DNA of 64,000 bases, from the NCBI GenBank assembly GCA_963816395.1, contig CAWFKQ010000016.1, forward strand, positions 128,001 to 192,000. Direction: 5' to 3'. Below, piece by piece: positions 1 to 10,775 of this stretch. The stretch comes from an uncultured delta proteobacterium (GTDB taxonomy: Bacteria > Desulfobacterota > Desulfuromonadia > Desulfuromonadales > JACZKF01). Under the pieces are notes generated by a model that ran no database searches, was not told the origin of the DNA, and saw only the letters and a list, made by a program, of their open reading frames with translations. The position numbers and the translations under genes are program-made. The first letter of the stretch is position 1. Every line of letters begins with the position of its first letter.

Positions 1-160
1 GGTGACGCTCCCCTCGCCGCCGATGGCCGAATAGACGCCGGACATATCCGTGAGCACCCCGACCTTCACCACCCCGTTGGACACCCCGGCGGCGCTGGCG
101 ACTACCGCCAGACCGAGGATGGCAACGCCGGTGACGACCTGCATCAAGCTTCCTTTTCAT
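1..160 (-). CDS. ABC transporter substrate-binding protein (LivK-like), 5' part; runs off the window edge
   Basis: Manual translation MQVVTGVAILGLAVVASAAGVSNGVVKVGVLTDMSGVYSAIGGEGSVT from ATG 144: signal peptide plus KVGVLTDMSG motif. ATG 160 has an RBS but needs a 1-nt indel. Follows livG/livF. Confidence 0.8.
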   Translation of the reverse strand, partial: MKRKLDAGRHRRCHPRSGGSRQRRRGVQRGGEGRGAHGYVRRLFGHRRRGERH

Positions 161-195
161 GATCCTGCTCCTTTCCTCATTGAAAGTTCCTGCTG

Positions 196-912
196 CTAAA
201 CCCCGAGATAACCGCTGAGCCGTTCCATGCTCGCTCCCAGGGCCTCCATCGGTATCATCTCCACGATATTGCCGTGGTCGACCACGTAGTGCCGGTCGGC
301 CAGGTCGGCGGCGAAATGAAAATTCTGCTCGACCAGGATAATGGTGAATCCCCGCTCCTTGAGCTGCCGGATCAGCCGCCCCAGGGCCTGCACGATCACC
401 GGCGCCAGCCCTTCGGTGATCTCGTCGAGCAGCAGCAGGTCCGCCCCGGTGCGCAGGATGCGGGCCATGGCCAGCATCTGCTGCTCTCCGCCCGAAAGAC
501 GGGTGCCGATGCTGTTTTTGCGTTCCAGGAGGTTGGCGAAGAGCTCGTAGATCTCCGCCAGGCTCATCCCCCCCTGTTTCACCACCGGCGGCAGCAGCAG
601 GTTCTCCTCCACGGTGAGTCGGGAAAAGATCCCCCGCTCCTCCGGGCAGTACCCCACTCCCAACCGGGCGATGCGGTGAGGCGGGAGGTTCACCGTCTCC
701 TGGCCGGCGATGCGCACCGAGCCGCTGCGGCGTCCCACCAGCCCCATGATCGATTTGAGGATGGTGGTTCGGCCCGCCCCGTTGCGGCCGAGCAGGGTCA
801 CCAGTTCTCCCCGGCGCACCGAGAAATGGATGCCGTGCAGAATATGCGACTCGCCGTAATAAGCATGCAGGTCCGCAACGGACAGCAGCTCCCGGGCAGA
901 TGTTTCAGGCAT
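196..912 (-). CDS. livF: Branched-chain-type ABC transporter ATP-binding protein
   Basis: Walker A GRNGAGRT, signature LSGGEQQ, LLLDE, VEQN. Confidence 0.9.
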   Translation of the reverse strand: MPETSARELLSVADLHAYYGESHILHGIHFSVRRGELVTLLGRNGAGRTTILKSIMGLVGRRSGSVRIAGQETVNLPPHRIARLGVGYCPEERGIFSRLTVEENLLLPPVVKQGGMSLAEIYELFANLLERKNSIGTRLSGGEQQMLAMARILRTGADLLLLDEITEGLAPVIVQALGRLIRQLKERGFTIILVEQNFHFAADLADRHYVVDHGNIVEMIPMEALGASMERLSGYLGV

Positions 913-1657
913 GGGCACTCCCCATGTAGGCCTCCATCACCTGGGGATCCAGGGAGACCGCGTCATAGTCCCCCTCGGCCAGAATGGCGCCGCGCTGCAG
1001 CACGGTGATGCGGTCGGCCAGCGTCGCCACCACTTTCAGGTTATGCTCAACCATCAGGATGGTGCGGCCCTTCGCCACCTTGCGCACCAGTTCGGTGATT
1101 CTGCCCACATCCTCGGCACCCATCCCCTGGGTCGGCTCGTCCAGCAGCATCACCTCGGGTTCCAGCGCCAGGGTGGTGGCGATTTCCAGCGCCCGTTTCT
1201 GCCCGTAGGGAAGCTCCACCGTGGGACAGTGGGCAAACTCCTGCAGTCCCACCGCCGCGAGCAGCTCCAGGCATCGGTCGTTCAAGACGTCGAGGGTCGC
1301 CTGCGGTTTCCAGAAGTGGTAGGAGGTGCCCAGCCGGCGCTGCAGGGCGACCCGGACGTTCTCGAAGGGGGTCAGGTTGGGGAAGACGGCCGAGATCTGG
1401 AAGGAGCGGACGATGCCGCGCAGGGCGATGTCGGCCGGCTTCTCCCGGGTGATGTCCACCCCTTTGAACAGAATGCTCCCCGCCGAGGGGATCAGGAATT
1501 TGGTCAGCAGGTTGAAGACCGTGGTCTTGCCGGCGCCGTTAGGGCCGATCAGGGCATGGATATGCCCCTGGCGGACCCGCAGGTTGACGTCGCTGACGGC
1601 CAGAAAACCCTTGAATTCCTTGGACAGATTTCTGGTTTCGAGAACCCATGGTGTCAT
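905..1657 (-). CDS. livG: Branched-chain-type ABC transporter ATP-binding protein
   Basis: Starts MTPWVLETRNLSKEF; GPNGAGKTT, LPYGQKR, LLDEP, VEHN; C-terminal V-x-E-A-Y-M-G. Confidence 0.9.
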   Translation of the reverse strand: MTPWVLETRNLSKEFKGFLAVSDVNLRVRQGHIHALIGPNGAGKTTVFNLLTKFLIPSAGSILFKGVDITREKPADIALRGIVRSFQISAVFPNLTPFENVRVALQRRLGTSYHFWKPQATLDVLNDRCLELLAAVGLQEFAHCPTVELPYGQKRALEIATTLALEPEVMLLDEPTQGMGAEDVGRITELVRKVAKGRTILMVEHNLKVVATLADRITVLQRGAILAEGDYDAVSLDPQVMEAYMGSAHA

Positions 1658-1689
1658 TCGCCTCTTCTCCTCGACCCCGCTTCGCCGGT

Positions 1690-2448
1690 TCAGGTCGCTG
1701 TCCAGCCGCAGTCCATGGTGATGCAGGAGCCGGTGAAACAGGCCGCCTTTTCCGCGCAGAGGTAGAGGACGAGTTCGCCGATTTCGCTCGGCTCGATGAG
1801 GCGCTTGACCGCCGCGTTCTTGAGCATGACCTGCTCGATCACCTCGGCCTCGGAGAGATTGTGCACCTTGGCCTGGTCGGCGATCTGGTGGTCGACCAGG
1901 GGGGTGCGCACGTAGGCCGGGCAGATGGAGTTGACGGTGATGCCGAAGGGTCCCCCTTCCAGGGCGGTGGTCTTGGTCAGGCCCGACAGGCCGTGCTTGG
2001 CCGAAATATAGGCGGCCTTGAAGGGGGAGGCGATCAGCCCGTGCACCGAGTTGATGTGGATGATCCGTCCCCAGCCGCGCGTCTTCATCGACGGCCAGGC
2101 GTAGCGGGTGAGCAGAAAGGGCGCGGTGAGCATCAGGGCGATCATGAAGTCCCATTTTTCCTCCGGGAATTCCTCCACCGGGCTGACATGCTGGATGCCG
2201 GCGTTGTTGACCAGGATATCGACCCGGCCGAAGCGTTCCAGGGCGGTATCGACCAGCTTTTTGCAGTCGGCCCGCTGGGAGAGGTCGGCCTGGACGAAGA
2301 GGGCTCCCAATTTTTCGGCCTCGCGGGCGCCGGCCTGGGGGTTGATGTCGGCCATGACGACCCGGTTGCCGGCCCCGGCCAGGGCTTGGGAAACGGCCAG
2401 ACCGATGCCGCTGGCGGCGCCGGTGACGATGGCAATACGTTCGGACAT
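1690..2448 (-). CDS. bdhA: 3-hydroxybutyrate dehydrogenase (SDR)
   Basis: TGAASGIG, NNAGIQHV, SVHGL, YISAKHG, ICPAYVRTPLV are typical BDH motifs. Confidence 0.88.
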   Translation of the reverse strand: MSERIAIVTGAASGIGLAVSQALAGAGNRVVMADINPQAGAREAEKLGALFVQADLSQRADCKKLVDTALERFGRVDILVNNAGIQHVSPVEEFPEEKWDFMIALMLTAPFLLTRYAWPSMKTRGWGRIIHINSVHGLIASPFKAAYISAKHGLSGLTKTTALEGGPFGITVNSICPAYVRTPLVDHQIADQAKVHNLSEAEVIEQVMLKNAAVKRLIEPSEIGELVLYLCAEKAACFTGSCITMDCGWTAT

Positions 2449-2460
2449 GGGCAATCTCCT

Positions 2461-3825
2461 TCAGTGCTGTTTGAGCGCGGCGGCGACGGCGAAGGCGCAG
2501 CCCGTTTTCGCCCGGACTTCCTCCACGCCCGCACCCGGGGCGAGTTCGGTCAGCGTCAGGCCCTTCTGCTCATCCACCTCGAACACCGCCAGATCGGTGA
2601 CGATCAGATCGACCACGTTCTTGCCGGTCAGCGGCAGTGTGCATGCCTCCATGATCTTCGGCGAGCCGTCCTTGGCGCAGTGATCCATCATGATGATGAT
2701 CTTCTTCACCCCCGAAACCAGGTCCATGGCACCGCCGGGGCCCTTGACCATGGCGCCGGGAATCATCCAGTTGGCCAGGTCGCCGGTGCGCGAGACCTGC
2801 ATGGCGCCGAGCACCGAGAGATCGATGTGACCGCCGCGCACCATGGCGAACGATTCCGCGCTGTCGAAGAAGGCCGCCCCGGGCAACCAGGTCACGGTCT
2901 GCTTGCCGGCGTTGATCAGGTCCGCATCCTCCTGCCCTTCGGGGGGGAAGGGGCCGACGCCGAGCAGGCCGTTTTCGGCGTGCAGGGTGACGGTGATGTT
3001 TTCAGGGATGTAGTTGGCCACCAGGGTCGGCATGCCGATGCCGAGATTGGCGTACATGCCGTCCCGGAACTCCTGGCTGATCCGCCTCGCCTGCCACTCG
3101 CGCTGGGGAGTGAACCCCTTGACCTCCACCTTGCCGGCCAGGGTGCGCTGCTCGATCGGTTTTTCATGCCTGCCGCCGACGAGGATCCGGTCCACGTAAT
3201 TGCCCGGGGTGTGAATCTGGTGGGGATCGAGCTCGCCGATCTCCACCAGTTCCTCCACTTCGGCCACCGTGACGCGCGCCGCCTGGGCGCAGACCGGGTT
3301 GAAGTTGCGGGCGGTATACCGGTAGATCAGGTTGCCCGCCTTGTCGGCTTTCCAGGCCTTGACGATGGCCAGGTCGGTGGTGATGCTCGGTTCCAGGACG
3401 TACTCCTTGTCGCCGAAGCGCTCCACCCGTTTCCCCTCGGCCAGGGAAGTGCCGTAACCGGTGCGGGTGAAGAAGGCGGGGATGCCCGCGCCGCCGGCGC
3501 GCAGCTTCTCGGCCAGCGTCCCCTGGGGGGTGAGCTCGAGCTCGAGTTCCCCGGAGAGAAACTGCCGGGCAAAGGTGGCGTTCTCCCCCACGTAGGAAGA
3601 GATCATTTTCTTGATCTGCCGCGTCTGCAGCAGCAGGCCAAGACCGAAGTGGTCGATCCCGGCGTTGTTGCTGACCACCGTCAGCCCCTTGGCCCCGCTG
3701 TCGCGCAGGGCCAGGATCAGGTTCTCGGGGATGCCGCACAGGCCGAAGCCTCCGGCGGCGACCGTCATGCCGTCATGAACCAGGCCGGCCAGAGCCTGGG
3801 CCGCCTCTGTGTAGATCGGTTTCAT
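2461..3825 (-). CDS. 3-oxoacid CoA-transferase with fused A and B subunits (SCOT-like)
   Basis: [17 protein letters not shown] (A part); [12 protein letters not shown] with catalytic Glu, GPGGAMDLV (B part) in one 454-aa ORF starting MKPIYTEAA. Confidence 0.9.
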   Translation of the reverse strand: MKPIYTEAAQALAGLVHDGMTVAAGGFGLCGIPENLILALRDSGAKGLTVVSNNAGIDHFGLGLLLQTRQIKKMISSYVGENATFARQFLSGELELELTPQGTLAEKLRAGGAGIPAFFTRTGYGTSLAEGKRVERFGDKEYVLEPSITTDLAIVKAWKADKAGNLIYRYTARNFNPVCAQAARVTVAEVEELVEIGELDPHQIHTPGNYVDRILVGGRHEKPIEQRTLAGKVEVKGFTPQREWQARRISQEFRDGMYANLGIGMPTLVANYIPENITVTLHAENGLLGVGPFPPEGQEDADLINAGKQTVTWLPGAAFFDSAESFAMVRGGHIDLSVLGAMQVSRTGDLANWMIPGAMVKGPGGAMDLVSGVKKIIIMMDHCAKDGSPKIMEACTLPLTGKNVVDLIVTDLAVFEVDEQKGLTLTELAPGAGVEEVRAKTGCAFAVAAALKQH

Positions 3826-3842
3826 CAACCAGCCTCCAGTCG

Positions 3843-5024
3843 TTAAGATGGGATCCGTTCGAACAGGGCGGCCACCGCCTCCCCACCGCCAATGCAAAGA
3901 GAGGCGACACCGTAGGTGACCTTGCGCCGGGCCATCTCCCGGATCAGGGTCGTTGCCAGGCGCCCGCCGCTGGCCCCGATGGGATGCCCCAGGGCCACCG
4001 CGCCGCCGTTGACGTTGACCTGCTCCAGGGAGAGCCCGAGCTCGCGCATGGCCAGCACGGGAACGGCCGCGAAGGCCTCGTTGATCTCGAACAGGCCAAC
4101 GTCCTTCAGCTGGAGCCCGGCGCGCTGCACGCACTTGCGAATCGCCCCTACCGGCGCTTCGCCGAACAGGTCCGGGGCGATGCTGTAGGTGGCCGCGGCG
4201 ACCAGGCGGGCGATGGGCGTCAGGTTGTACTTCTTCACCCCTTCGGCCCCGGCGAGCAGGGCGAGGGCCGCCCCGTCGTTGATGCTCGAGGCGTTGCCGG
4301 CGGTGATGGAGCCATCCTTGCGGAAGACCGGCCGCAGGGTCGGCAGCTTCTCGATGTCGCCGCGGAAGGGTTCCTCGTCCCGCTCGACGGTCACCTCTCC
4401 CTTGCGGCTCTTCTTCACCACCGGCACCAGCTCTTCGGCAAAGGTGCCGTTCTCCACCGCCGCCTGGGCCAGGCGGTAGGAGCGGGCAGCGAAGTCGTCC
4501 TGCGCCTGCCGGCTGATGCCGTGGCGGAGGTTCCACTCCTCAGTGATCTCCCCCATGTGCCGCCCCGAATAGGGGTCGAGAAGACCGTCATGGATCATCA
4601 GATCGACCATCTGGCCGTTTCCCATGCGCTGGCCAAAGCGGGCTGCAGGGAGGGTGTAGGGAGATGAAGACATGTTTTCCATGCCGCCGGCCATAATGAC
4701 TTGCGATTCCCCGAGGCGGATAGCGTCCGCCGCCAGCATCATCGCCTTGAGACCGCTGCCGCAGACCTTGTTGATGGTCATGGCATGCACGCTGTCGGGC
4801 AGCCCTGCCTGCCGCATCGCCTGGCGAGCCGGCGCCTGCCCGCTGCCCCCCTGCAGTACCTGGCCGATGATGACCTCGTCGACACCGTCCGGGGGCAGAT
4901 GGGTTCGGGCCAGCAGTTCACCGATGACCTTGGAGGCCAGCAGGGGCGCCGGTAGTTCCGCCAGGGTGCCGCCGAAGGAACCGAAGGGAGTTCGCAAAGC
5001 ATCAATCACAAAAACCTTGTTCAT
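3843..5024 (-). CDS. Acetyl-CoA C-acetyltransferase (thiolase)
   Basis: [25 protein letters not shown] motifs. Confidence 0.93.
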   Translation of the reverse strand: MNKVFVIDALRTPFGSFGGTLAELPAPLLASKVIGELLARTHLPPDGVDEVIIGQVLQGGSGQAPARQAMRQAGLPDSVHAMTINKVCGSGLKAMMLAADAIRLGESQVIMAGGMENMSSSPYTLPAARFGQRMGNGQMVDLMIHDGLLDPYSGRHMGEITEEWNLRHGISRQAQDDFAARSYRLAQAAVENGTFAEELVPVVKKSRKGEVTVERDEEPFRGDIEKLPTLRPVFRKDGSITAGNASSINDGAALALLAGAEGVKKYNLTPIARLVAAATYSIAPDLFGEAPVGAIRKCVQRAGLQLKDVGLFEINEAFAAVPVLAMRELGLSLEQVNVNGGAVALGHPIGASGGRLATTLIREMARRKVTYGVASLCIGGGEAVAALFERIPS

Positions 5025-5071
5025 ACCGGGTCCTCCGCGAAAGAGATGTGGGATCATGCATCTAATTGTAC

Positions 5072-5087
5072 AGCAAAGGTCGTTCCA
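5072..5087 (-). promoter_or_regulatory. Sigma54 (-24/-12) promoter of the thiolase-SCOT-bdh-ABC operon
   Basis: Minus strand TGGAACG-ACCT-TTGCT against consensus TGGCACG-N4-TTGCW, about 50 nt upstream of the thiolase ATG. Confidence 0.75.
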
Positions 5088-5152
5088 AAATGAAAAATCA
5101 TTTTATTTTGCATAGTTGAAAAAATGGATTGTTTTTAAGACAGGCCCGCATT

Positions 5153-5257
5153 TGATTCATTTTTGAATCATATTTTTATTATTTTTGCGTAACAAGCTGG
5201 GAAGTAAGAGATTTTTATCTGGCTCAAAATTGATAGGATTGATTCATTTTTGAATCA
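5153..5257. promoter_or_regulatory. Two identical 18-bp palindromes, probable enhancer-binding-protein sites
   Basis: TGATTCA-TTTT-TGAATCA at 5153-5170 and 5240-5257, upstream of the sigma54 site in AT-rich DNA. Confidence 0.7.
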
Positions 5258-5315
5258 GTCCGGTCGGTGGAAAGCAAACGCCGTCTTATCTATAAATTTT
5301 GGTGTGCTTTTCGGC

Positions 5316-5369
5316 TTGACAGAGACCGAATGGTTCCTTAGGATAGAAAATAAATTGGTCAGACCACTT
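5316..5369 (+). promoter_or_regulatory. Sigma70 promoter with FadR/GntR-family (LldR/LutR-type) operator
   Basis: TTGACA (5316)-17 nt-TAGGAT (5339); AATTGGTCAGACCACTT (5353-5369) matches TGGT-N3-ACCA, upstream of the lactate genes. Confidence 0.75.
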
Positions 5370-5386
5370 TACGGGGGAGTGACGGG

Positions 5387-5950
5387 ATGGTGGAGAGTTC
5401 CAGAATCGATTTATTCAGCGAAGCCGCCCGCCGGGTGGGCAGCGAGGTGGTAGTCCTGGATGACTTGGCTGCAGCCGCTGCCTACATCGTCGGAAAAACT
5501 TCGGGGCCGGTGCTGCTGCCGCCCTCGCCGGTCATGGAAAGCAAAGATCTGGCCGCCTGCTTGACCCGGATCGGGGCCGAGGTGGTTATCGAGGGGTTCC
5601 GCCAGGCCGCTCCTGCGGCCGCGGCCGGAGTGACGGGTGCCGACTTCGCCCTGGCCGATACCGGCACCGTGGTCCTGGAAAGCACGGAAGAGGCGGTGCG
5701 CCTGTCCACTACCCTGCCCGAGCGCCACTTTGTCCTTCTCGACCCGCGCCGGATCGTCGCTGACGGCCCGGCCGCCGTCCCCCTGCTGCGGCAATTGCAG
5801 CAGCGACGGCCACGCAGTTTTATCGCCTACATTACCGGTCCCAGCCGTACCGCCGATATCGAGCGGGTGCTCACCATCGGCGTGCACGGCCCGCGGGAGC
5901 TGCACATTTTACTTGTCGAAGGGATTTCCGGCGGCCTGCCGGAGCTGTAG
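5387..5950 (+). CDS. lutC: Lactate utilisation protein C (LUD domain)
   Basis: LADTGTVVL and ITGPSRTADIERVLTIGVHGP motifs. Confidence 0.9.
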   Translation: MVESSRIDLFSEAARRVGSEVVVLDDLAAAAAYIVGKTSGPVLLPPSPVMESKDLAACLTRIGAEVVIEGFRQAAPAAAAGVTGADFALADTGTVVLESTEEAVRLSTTLPERHFVLLDPRRIVADGPAAVPLLRQLQQRRPRSFIAYITGPSRTADIERVLTIGVHGPRELHILLVEGISGGLPEL

Positions 5951-6011
5951 CTTGGATTTCAGGAGATCCGACTGATCGGTCGGATCGGTCGGATCTGCAA
6001 AGGAAAAAACT

Positions 6012-8159
6012 ATGAAAAAAGAACGCAGCCGCCAGTATAAGCAGCGCATCGACCAGGCCCTGGCCACGCCGCGGCTGCAGGAGGCCCTGCACCGCTTCGG
6101 CGACGCCTATGTGGTGGCGCGGGAAAACGCCTTCGCCGGTCTCGATTTCGAATCGCTGCGCACGGCGGTGGCCGCCTGCAAGGACGAGGTCAGGGAAAAC
6201 CGCGAGCGCTACCTTGCCGAGTTCACCGCGCGGGCGGAAGCGGCGGGCGCCAAGGTTTTTTTTGCCCGCACGGCGCAGGAGGCGAACGATTATATTGCCG
6301 CCCTGGCCACCGGGCGCGGGGTGAAGCTGGCCGTAAAGAGCAAGAGCATGGCCAGTGAGGAGATTCATCTCAACCAGGCGCTGGCCAAGGCCGGGGTGAA
6401 GGCGCTGGAGACCGATCTCGGCGAATGGATCATCCAGCTCGCCGGTCAGCGCCCCAGCCACATGGTGATGCCGGCCATTCACATGTTCAAGGAAGAGGTG
6501 GCCGAGCTGTTCAGCAAGGTGACCGGCGTCCAGGAGCCGGCGGAGATCGCGCATCTGGTGCAGGTCGCCCGGGAACAGCTGCGCCAGGGCTACCTGGAGG
6601 CGGAGATGGGGATCAGCGGCGCCAATATTGCCGTCGCCGAAACCGGCGGCATCGCCCTGGTCACCAACGAGGGCAACGCCCGCCTGGCGACCACCCTGCC
6701 GAAAATCCACGTCGCCCTGGTGGGGATCGAGAAGCTGGTGCCCACCCTGGAGGATGCCGCCCGGATTCTCCAGGTGCTGCCGCGCAACGCCACCGGCCAG
6801 CTGCTCACCTCCTACGTCAGCTGGATCACCGGCGCCGTCCCCTGCGGCGAGGGGGAAAAGGAGCTGCACATCGTCCTGCTCGACAACGGCCGCAGCGCCC
6901 TGGCCGAATCCCCGCAATGCCGCGACGCCCTGCGCTGCATCAAGTGCGGTGCCTGCGCCAACGTCTGCCCGGTCTATCAGACGGTCGGCGGCCACGTCTT
7001 CGGCCACGTCTACATCAGCGCCATCGGCATCATCCTCACCGCCTTCTTTCACGGCCTGGAGCAGGCGGCGGAACTGGTGCGCGCCTGCATCGGCTGCCGC
7101 GCCTGCGTGGCGGTCTGCCCGAGCAAGATCGACCTGGAGGGCATCATTCTCCATCTGCGCGAAACGGTTGGCCGCGAGGAGGGGATCGGCGCCGGCAAGT
7201 CCCTCGTCTTCCGCAAGGTCATGCGCAACCGCAAGCTGTTCCATTCCCTCATCCGCGCCGCCAGCCTGCTGCAGAAGCCGGTGACCCGGGGGGAGCGCAC
7301 CATCCGTCACCTGCCGCTTTTCTTCTCTTCCCTGACGCAGTGGCGGACTCTGCCGGCGATAGCCGAAAAACCGCTGCGCGACCAGTGGGACAGATTGCCG
7401 CAGCCGCTGGCGAAACCCCGCTATCGGGTGGCCTTTTTCGCCGGCTGCCTGAACGACTTCGTCTACCCCGAAATGGGTCAGGACCTGGTGAAGGTGCTGA
7501 ACCGGCTGGGGGTGGAGGTCCTCTTTCCCCGCGAGCAGAACTGCTGTGGCATCCCCGCCCTCTATTCCGGCGACCGGGAGACGGCGACCGAGCTGGCCGA
7601 GCAGAACGTGCAGGCGCTGCTGGCGGACGAACCGGACTTCGTGGTTACCACCTGTCCCACCTGCACCATGTCGCTGCAGCGCGACTTCGTCGACCTGCTG
7701 CGGGACAACCCGGTGTGGGCGGAGCGCGCCGAGCGCCTGTCGGCGATCACCATGGATGTCTCCCGCTTCATCGTCACCCGGCTGGGCGGCGTCGGCGAGT
7801 TGAACCTGCCGGCGGCGGCGGAGAAGATCACCTATCACGACTCCTGCCATCTCAAGCGCGGTGCCGGCGTCTGGCGCGAGCCGCGCCAACTGCTCGCCGA
7901 TTCCGGCCACGAGGTGGCGGAAATGGCCCATGCCGATCGCTGCTGCGGGTTCGGCGGCTCCTATTCCTTCACCAGCCATCCGCTCATCGCCCGCCGCATC
8001 CTGGAGGACAAACTGGCGGATATCGAGGGCACCGGCGCCGCCTGTGTCGCCATGGACTGCCCGGGATGCCTGCTGCAGATCCGGGGCGGGCTGGAAAAAC
8101 GGGGTTCGGCGGTCAATGCCGCCCATACCATCGAATTGCTCGCCCGCCTTCTGCCCTGA
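6012..8159 (+). CDS. L-lactate dehydrogenase large subunit: LutB/LldF LUD + 2x[4Fe-4S] fused to CCG domains
   Basis: KSKSMASEEI, ETDLGEWIIQL, CIKCGACANVCP, CIGCRACVAVCP, CCG motifs, YHDSCH. Confidence 0.9.
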   Translation: MKKERSRQYKQRIDQALATPRLQEALHRFGDAYVVARENAFAGLDFESLRTAVAACKDEVRENRERYLAEFTARAEAAGAKVFFARTAQEANDYIAALATGRGVKLAVKSKSMASEEIHLNQALAKAGVKALETDLGEWIIQLAGQRPSHMVMPAIHMFKEEVAELFSKVTGVQEPAEIAHLVQVAREQLRQGYLEAEMGISGANIAVAETGGIALVTNEGNARLATTLPKIHVALVGIEKLVPTLEDAARILQVLPRNATGQLLTSYVSWITGAVPCGEGEKELHIVLLDNGRSALAESPQCRDALRCIKCGACANVCPVYQTVGGHVFGHVYISAIGIILTAFFHGLEQAAELVRACIGCRACVAVCPSKIDLEGIILHLRETVGREEGIGAGKSLVFRKVMRNRKLFHSLIRAASLLQKPVTRGERTIRHLPLFFSSLTQWRTLPAIAEKPLRDQWDRLPQPLAKPRYRVAFFAGCLNDFVYPEMGQDLVKVLNRLGVEVLFPREQNCCGIPALYSGDRETATELAEQNVQALLADEPDFVVTTCPTCTMSLQRDFVDLLRDNPVWAERAERLSAITMDVSRFIVTRLGGVGELNLPAAAEKITYHDSCHLKRGAGVWREPRQLLADSGHEVAEMAHADRCCGFGGSYSFTSHPLIARRILEDKLADIEGTGAACVAMDCPGCLLQIRGGLEKRGSAVNAAHTIELLARLLP

Positions 8160-8195
8160 TCTCCTGCCACCACGGCGACTCTCTCTCCCCCTGTG

Positions 8196-8224
8196 GCCCC
8201 GGCCGAACGGCCGGGGCACTTTTT
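8196..8224 (+). terminator. Intrinsic terminator
   Basis: GCCCCGGCCG-AA-CGGCCGGGGC followed by a T run. Confidence 0.75.
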
Positions 8225-8323
8225 AATCCTTTGGCGGGTTGGCCTTTTCCGCTATACTCGGATTGCCCTTGAGGATTCCGCACGTTTTCCTGCGCCTTGG
8301 TATTTCCAGGAGGAGGCCCAGCC

Positions 8324-10594
8324 ATGTTCACATGGATCTCGACCAGGATATCGCTGAAGATCGCCATTTCCCTGTTTCTCGTTCTGTCGCTGATCATGAC
8401 GGCGGCGACCTGGCTGCTGGTGCGCAGCCGCGGCGAAGCGCTGCGGGAGCAGCTGTACGTCAAGGCGCGGACGATGGCGATTCTTGGCGCCGAAACGATG
8501 CATCTGGTGCTGGAGCAGGCGTTTCTCGGCGGCACCTTCACCCTGGAGGAGATCTTCGATACCCATTACGAGCCGATCACCAGTGGGCCGCTGGCCGGAG
8601 CTGTGCCGAAATACCACACGGGTTACGACCGTTACCTCGACGTGCGTATCCGCAAGATCCAGGACACCATGGTCGAGCAGGACCCGACGGTGCTCTTCGC
8701 CGTACTGGTGGACAGCAACGGTTATCTGCCGACCCACAATACAAAGTACTCCCAGCCGCTGAGCGGCGATCCGGCAAGAGACCGGGTGGGGAACCAGACC
8801 AAGCAGATGTTCAACGACCAGGTCGGGCTGGCGGCGGCCCATTTTGAGGGGAGCGAGGGGCAGCCGGTGCTGCGGCAGGAATACCGGCTGCCCAGCGGCG
8901 AGATGGTCTGGGATGTGTCGGCGCCGGTGTACGTGCAGAGCCGGCACTGGGGGGCTTTTCGGGTCGGGCTGTCGATGGCGCAGGTCGAGGCGGCGGTGGC
9001 CCACCTGCGCAATTCACTGATTCTCTCCATGGGGCTGATCCTGCTGGTGACCTTCGTCGCCCTGTATGCCATCCTGAATTTCTTCATCCTGCCCCTCAAG
9101 CGGCTGACGGTGGTGGCCGACCGCATCGCCGACGGACAGCTGCAGGAGACGATCGAGATCGGTTCCCACGACGAGATCGGCAAGCTGGCGGGTGCCTTCA
9201 ACCGCATGACCCAGGGGATCGTCAGGGACCTGCGCGGGGAGATCGGCAAGAGCAACCGGCTGATCACCCGGATCAAGGAGGCCATCCGTCAGCTTTCGGC
9301 GAGCGCCGGCGGCATCATGGCGATCTCGGCCCAGCAGTCCGCGGGGGCGACCCAGCAGGCTTCGGCGGTGCAGGAGGCCACCACCACTTCGGCGGAAATC
9401 GCCGTTACCGCCCGGCAGGTGGCGGAGAACGCCGCCCAGGTGGAAACCCAGGCGGAACAGGCGAACGGCGCCTGTACCGTCGGCATCCAGGCGGTCAACA
9501 ATGCCGTGGGGGGGATAAAAAAGCTCAAGGAGCAGGTGCAGTCGATCGCCGAGGCCATGGTCCAGCTGGGGGAAAATTCCCAGAAGATCGGCGGCATCGT
9601 GGATATCATCGACGAAATTTCCGACCAGACCAACCTGCTGGCGCTCAACGCGGCGATCGAGGCGGCCGGGGCCGGTGAGGCCGGCAAGCGCTTCTCCGTC
9701 GTCGCCAGCGAGGTAAAGCGGCTGGCGGAGCGGACGGTGGACGCCACCGGGCAGATCAAGGGGCTGGTGGCGGAGATCCAGAAGGCGACCAACAGCACCA
9801 TCATCCTCAGTGAAGAGGGAACCAAGGGGGTGGATGCGGCCGGCGGCCTGGTGGGGCGGGTATCGGAAGCCTTTGCCGCCATTATCGGTTCCGTCGGCGA
9901 GACCACCGGCGCCGCGCGGGAAATCAAGCTCTCGACGCAGCAGCAGACGACGGCGAGCGAACAGATGGCCGAGACCATCGTCGAGGTGCGGGATGTGGCG
10001 GCCCAGGTGGCCGCGAGTGCCGAAGAAACGAGCGAGGCGATCGCCGAGCTGAACACGCTGGCCGGGGGACTGCAGGAGATGCTGGAGGAGGAACTGCAGC
10101 TCAAAGGGAAGGAAAAGGCCCAGGCCGGGGCGCAGCTCATGGAAAAAGTGTTGAAACGGGCGGTGGAGAGCGGCCGCTTCACCCTGGCGCAGCTCTTCGA
10201 TGAGAGTTATCAGCCGATTGCCGACACCGACCCGCAGAAATACCACACGGTTTACGACCGCTGGCTCGACGAGACGATATCGGCGCTGCAGGATGCCTTC
10301 CTGGAGGATGAGCAGGTGCTCTTCGCCGTGCTGGTGGACCGCAACGGCTACCTGCCGACGCACAACAGCAAATACTGCCAGCCGCTGACCGGCGACCGGG
10401 AGCGGGACCTGACCGGCAACCGCACCAAGCGCCTGTTCAATGATGCGGTCTGCCTGCGGGCTGCGAGCAACCAGGATGGCGTTCTCGTGCAGGTCTATGA
10501 TCGGGATACGGGGGAGAGGATGTGGGACATCTCCGCCCCGGTTTTCCTCCAGGGCCGCCACTGGGGCGCCTTCCGACTGGGATGCAGCATGTAG
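8324..10594 (+). CDS. Methyl-accepting chemotaxis protein with the same Cache-like domain at the N- and C-terminus
   Basis: TM1, sensor, TM2, HAMP ([13 protein letters not shown]), signalling hairpin [14 protein letters not shown], then a second copy of the sensor domain. Confidence 0.92.
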   Translation: MFTWISTRISLKIAISLFLVLSLIMTAATWLLVRSRGEALREQLYVKARTMAILGAETMHLVLEQAFLGGTFTLEEIFDTHYEPITSGPLAGAVPKYHTGYDRYLDVRIRKIQDTMVEQDPTVLFAVLVDSNGYLPTHNTKYSQPLSGDPARDRVGNQTKQMFNDQVGLAAAHFEGSEGQPVLRQEYRLPSGEMVWDVSAPVYVQSRHWGAFRVGLSMAQVEAAVAHLRNSLILSMGLILLVTFVALYAILNFFILPLKRLTVVADRIADGQLQETIEIGSHDEIGKLAGAFNRMTQGIVRDLRGEIGKSNRLITRIKEAIRQLSASAGGIMAISAQQSAGATQQASAVQEATTTSAEIAVTARQVAENAAQVETQAEQANGACTVGIQAVNNAVGGIKKLKEQVQSIAEAMVQLGENSQKIGGIVDIIDEISDQTNLLALNAAIEAAGAGEAGKRFSVVASEVKRLAERTVDATGQIKGLVAEIQKATNSTIILSEEGTKGVDAAGGLVGRVSEAFAAIIGSVGETTGAAREIKLSTQQQTTASEQMAETIVEVRDVAAQVAASAEETSEAIAELNTLAGGLQEMLEEELQLKGKEKAQAGAQLMEKVLKRAVESGRFTLAQLFDESYQPIADTDPQKYHTVYDRWLDETISALQDAFLEDEQVLFAVLVDRNGYLPTHNSKYCQPLTGDRERDLTGNRTKRLFNDAVCLRAASNQDGVLVQVYDRDTGERMWDISAPVFLQGRHWGAFRLGCSM

Positions 10595-10596
10595 AC

Positions 10597-10721
10597 GGCT
10601 GATGAAAAACGCCCATCTGCGGCTTGCCCGCATCCTTCGGCAACGATGTACCTTCAAGATTTCGGGCGGCTTGCCTCTGGACATTTTTACTCAGCCTGAA
10701 AAACTGAGTTTTCAACAACCT
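10597..10721. repeat. MITE/REP-like intergenic element with imperfect terminal inverted repeats
   Basis: GGCTGATGAAAAACGCCCA...TGGACATTTTTACTCAGCC, then TTTTCAACAACCT; resembles multicopy intergenic elements of Geobacter-like genomes (from memory, not searched). Confidence 0.5.
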
Positions 10722-10775
10722 ATAAGACGGCATTGCCGGCGAAGGCCGCCGGCAGTGCCGAGGAGCTGAGACCCC

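Noticed and set aside
5871..8272. Long antisense and alternative-frame ORFs (782 aa, 615 aa and similar ones across the window)
   Set aside because: Shadow ORFs of high-GC coding sequence with no motifs, overlapping well-supported genes.
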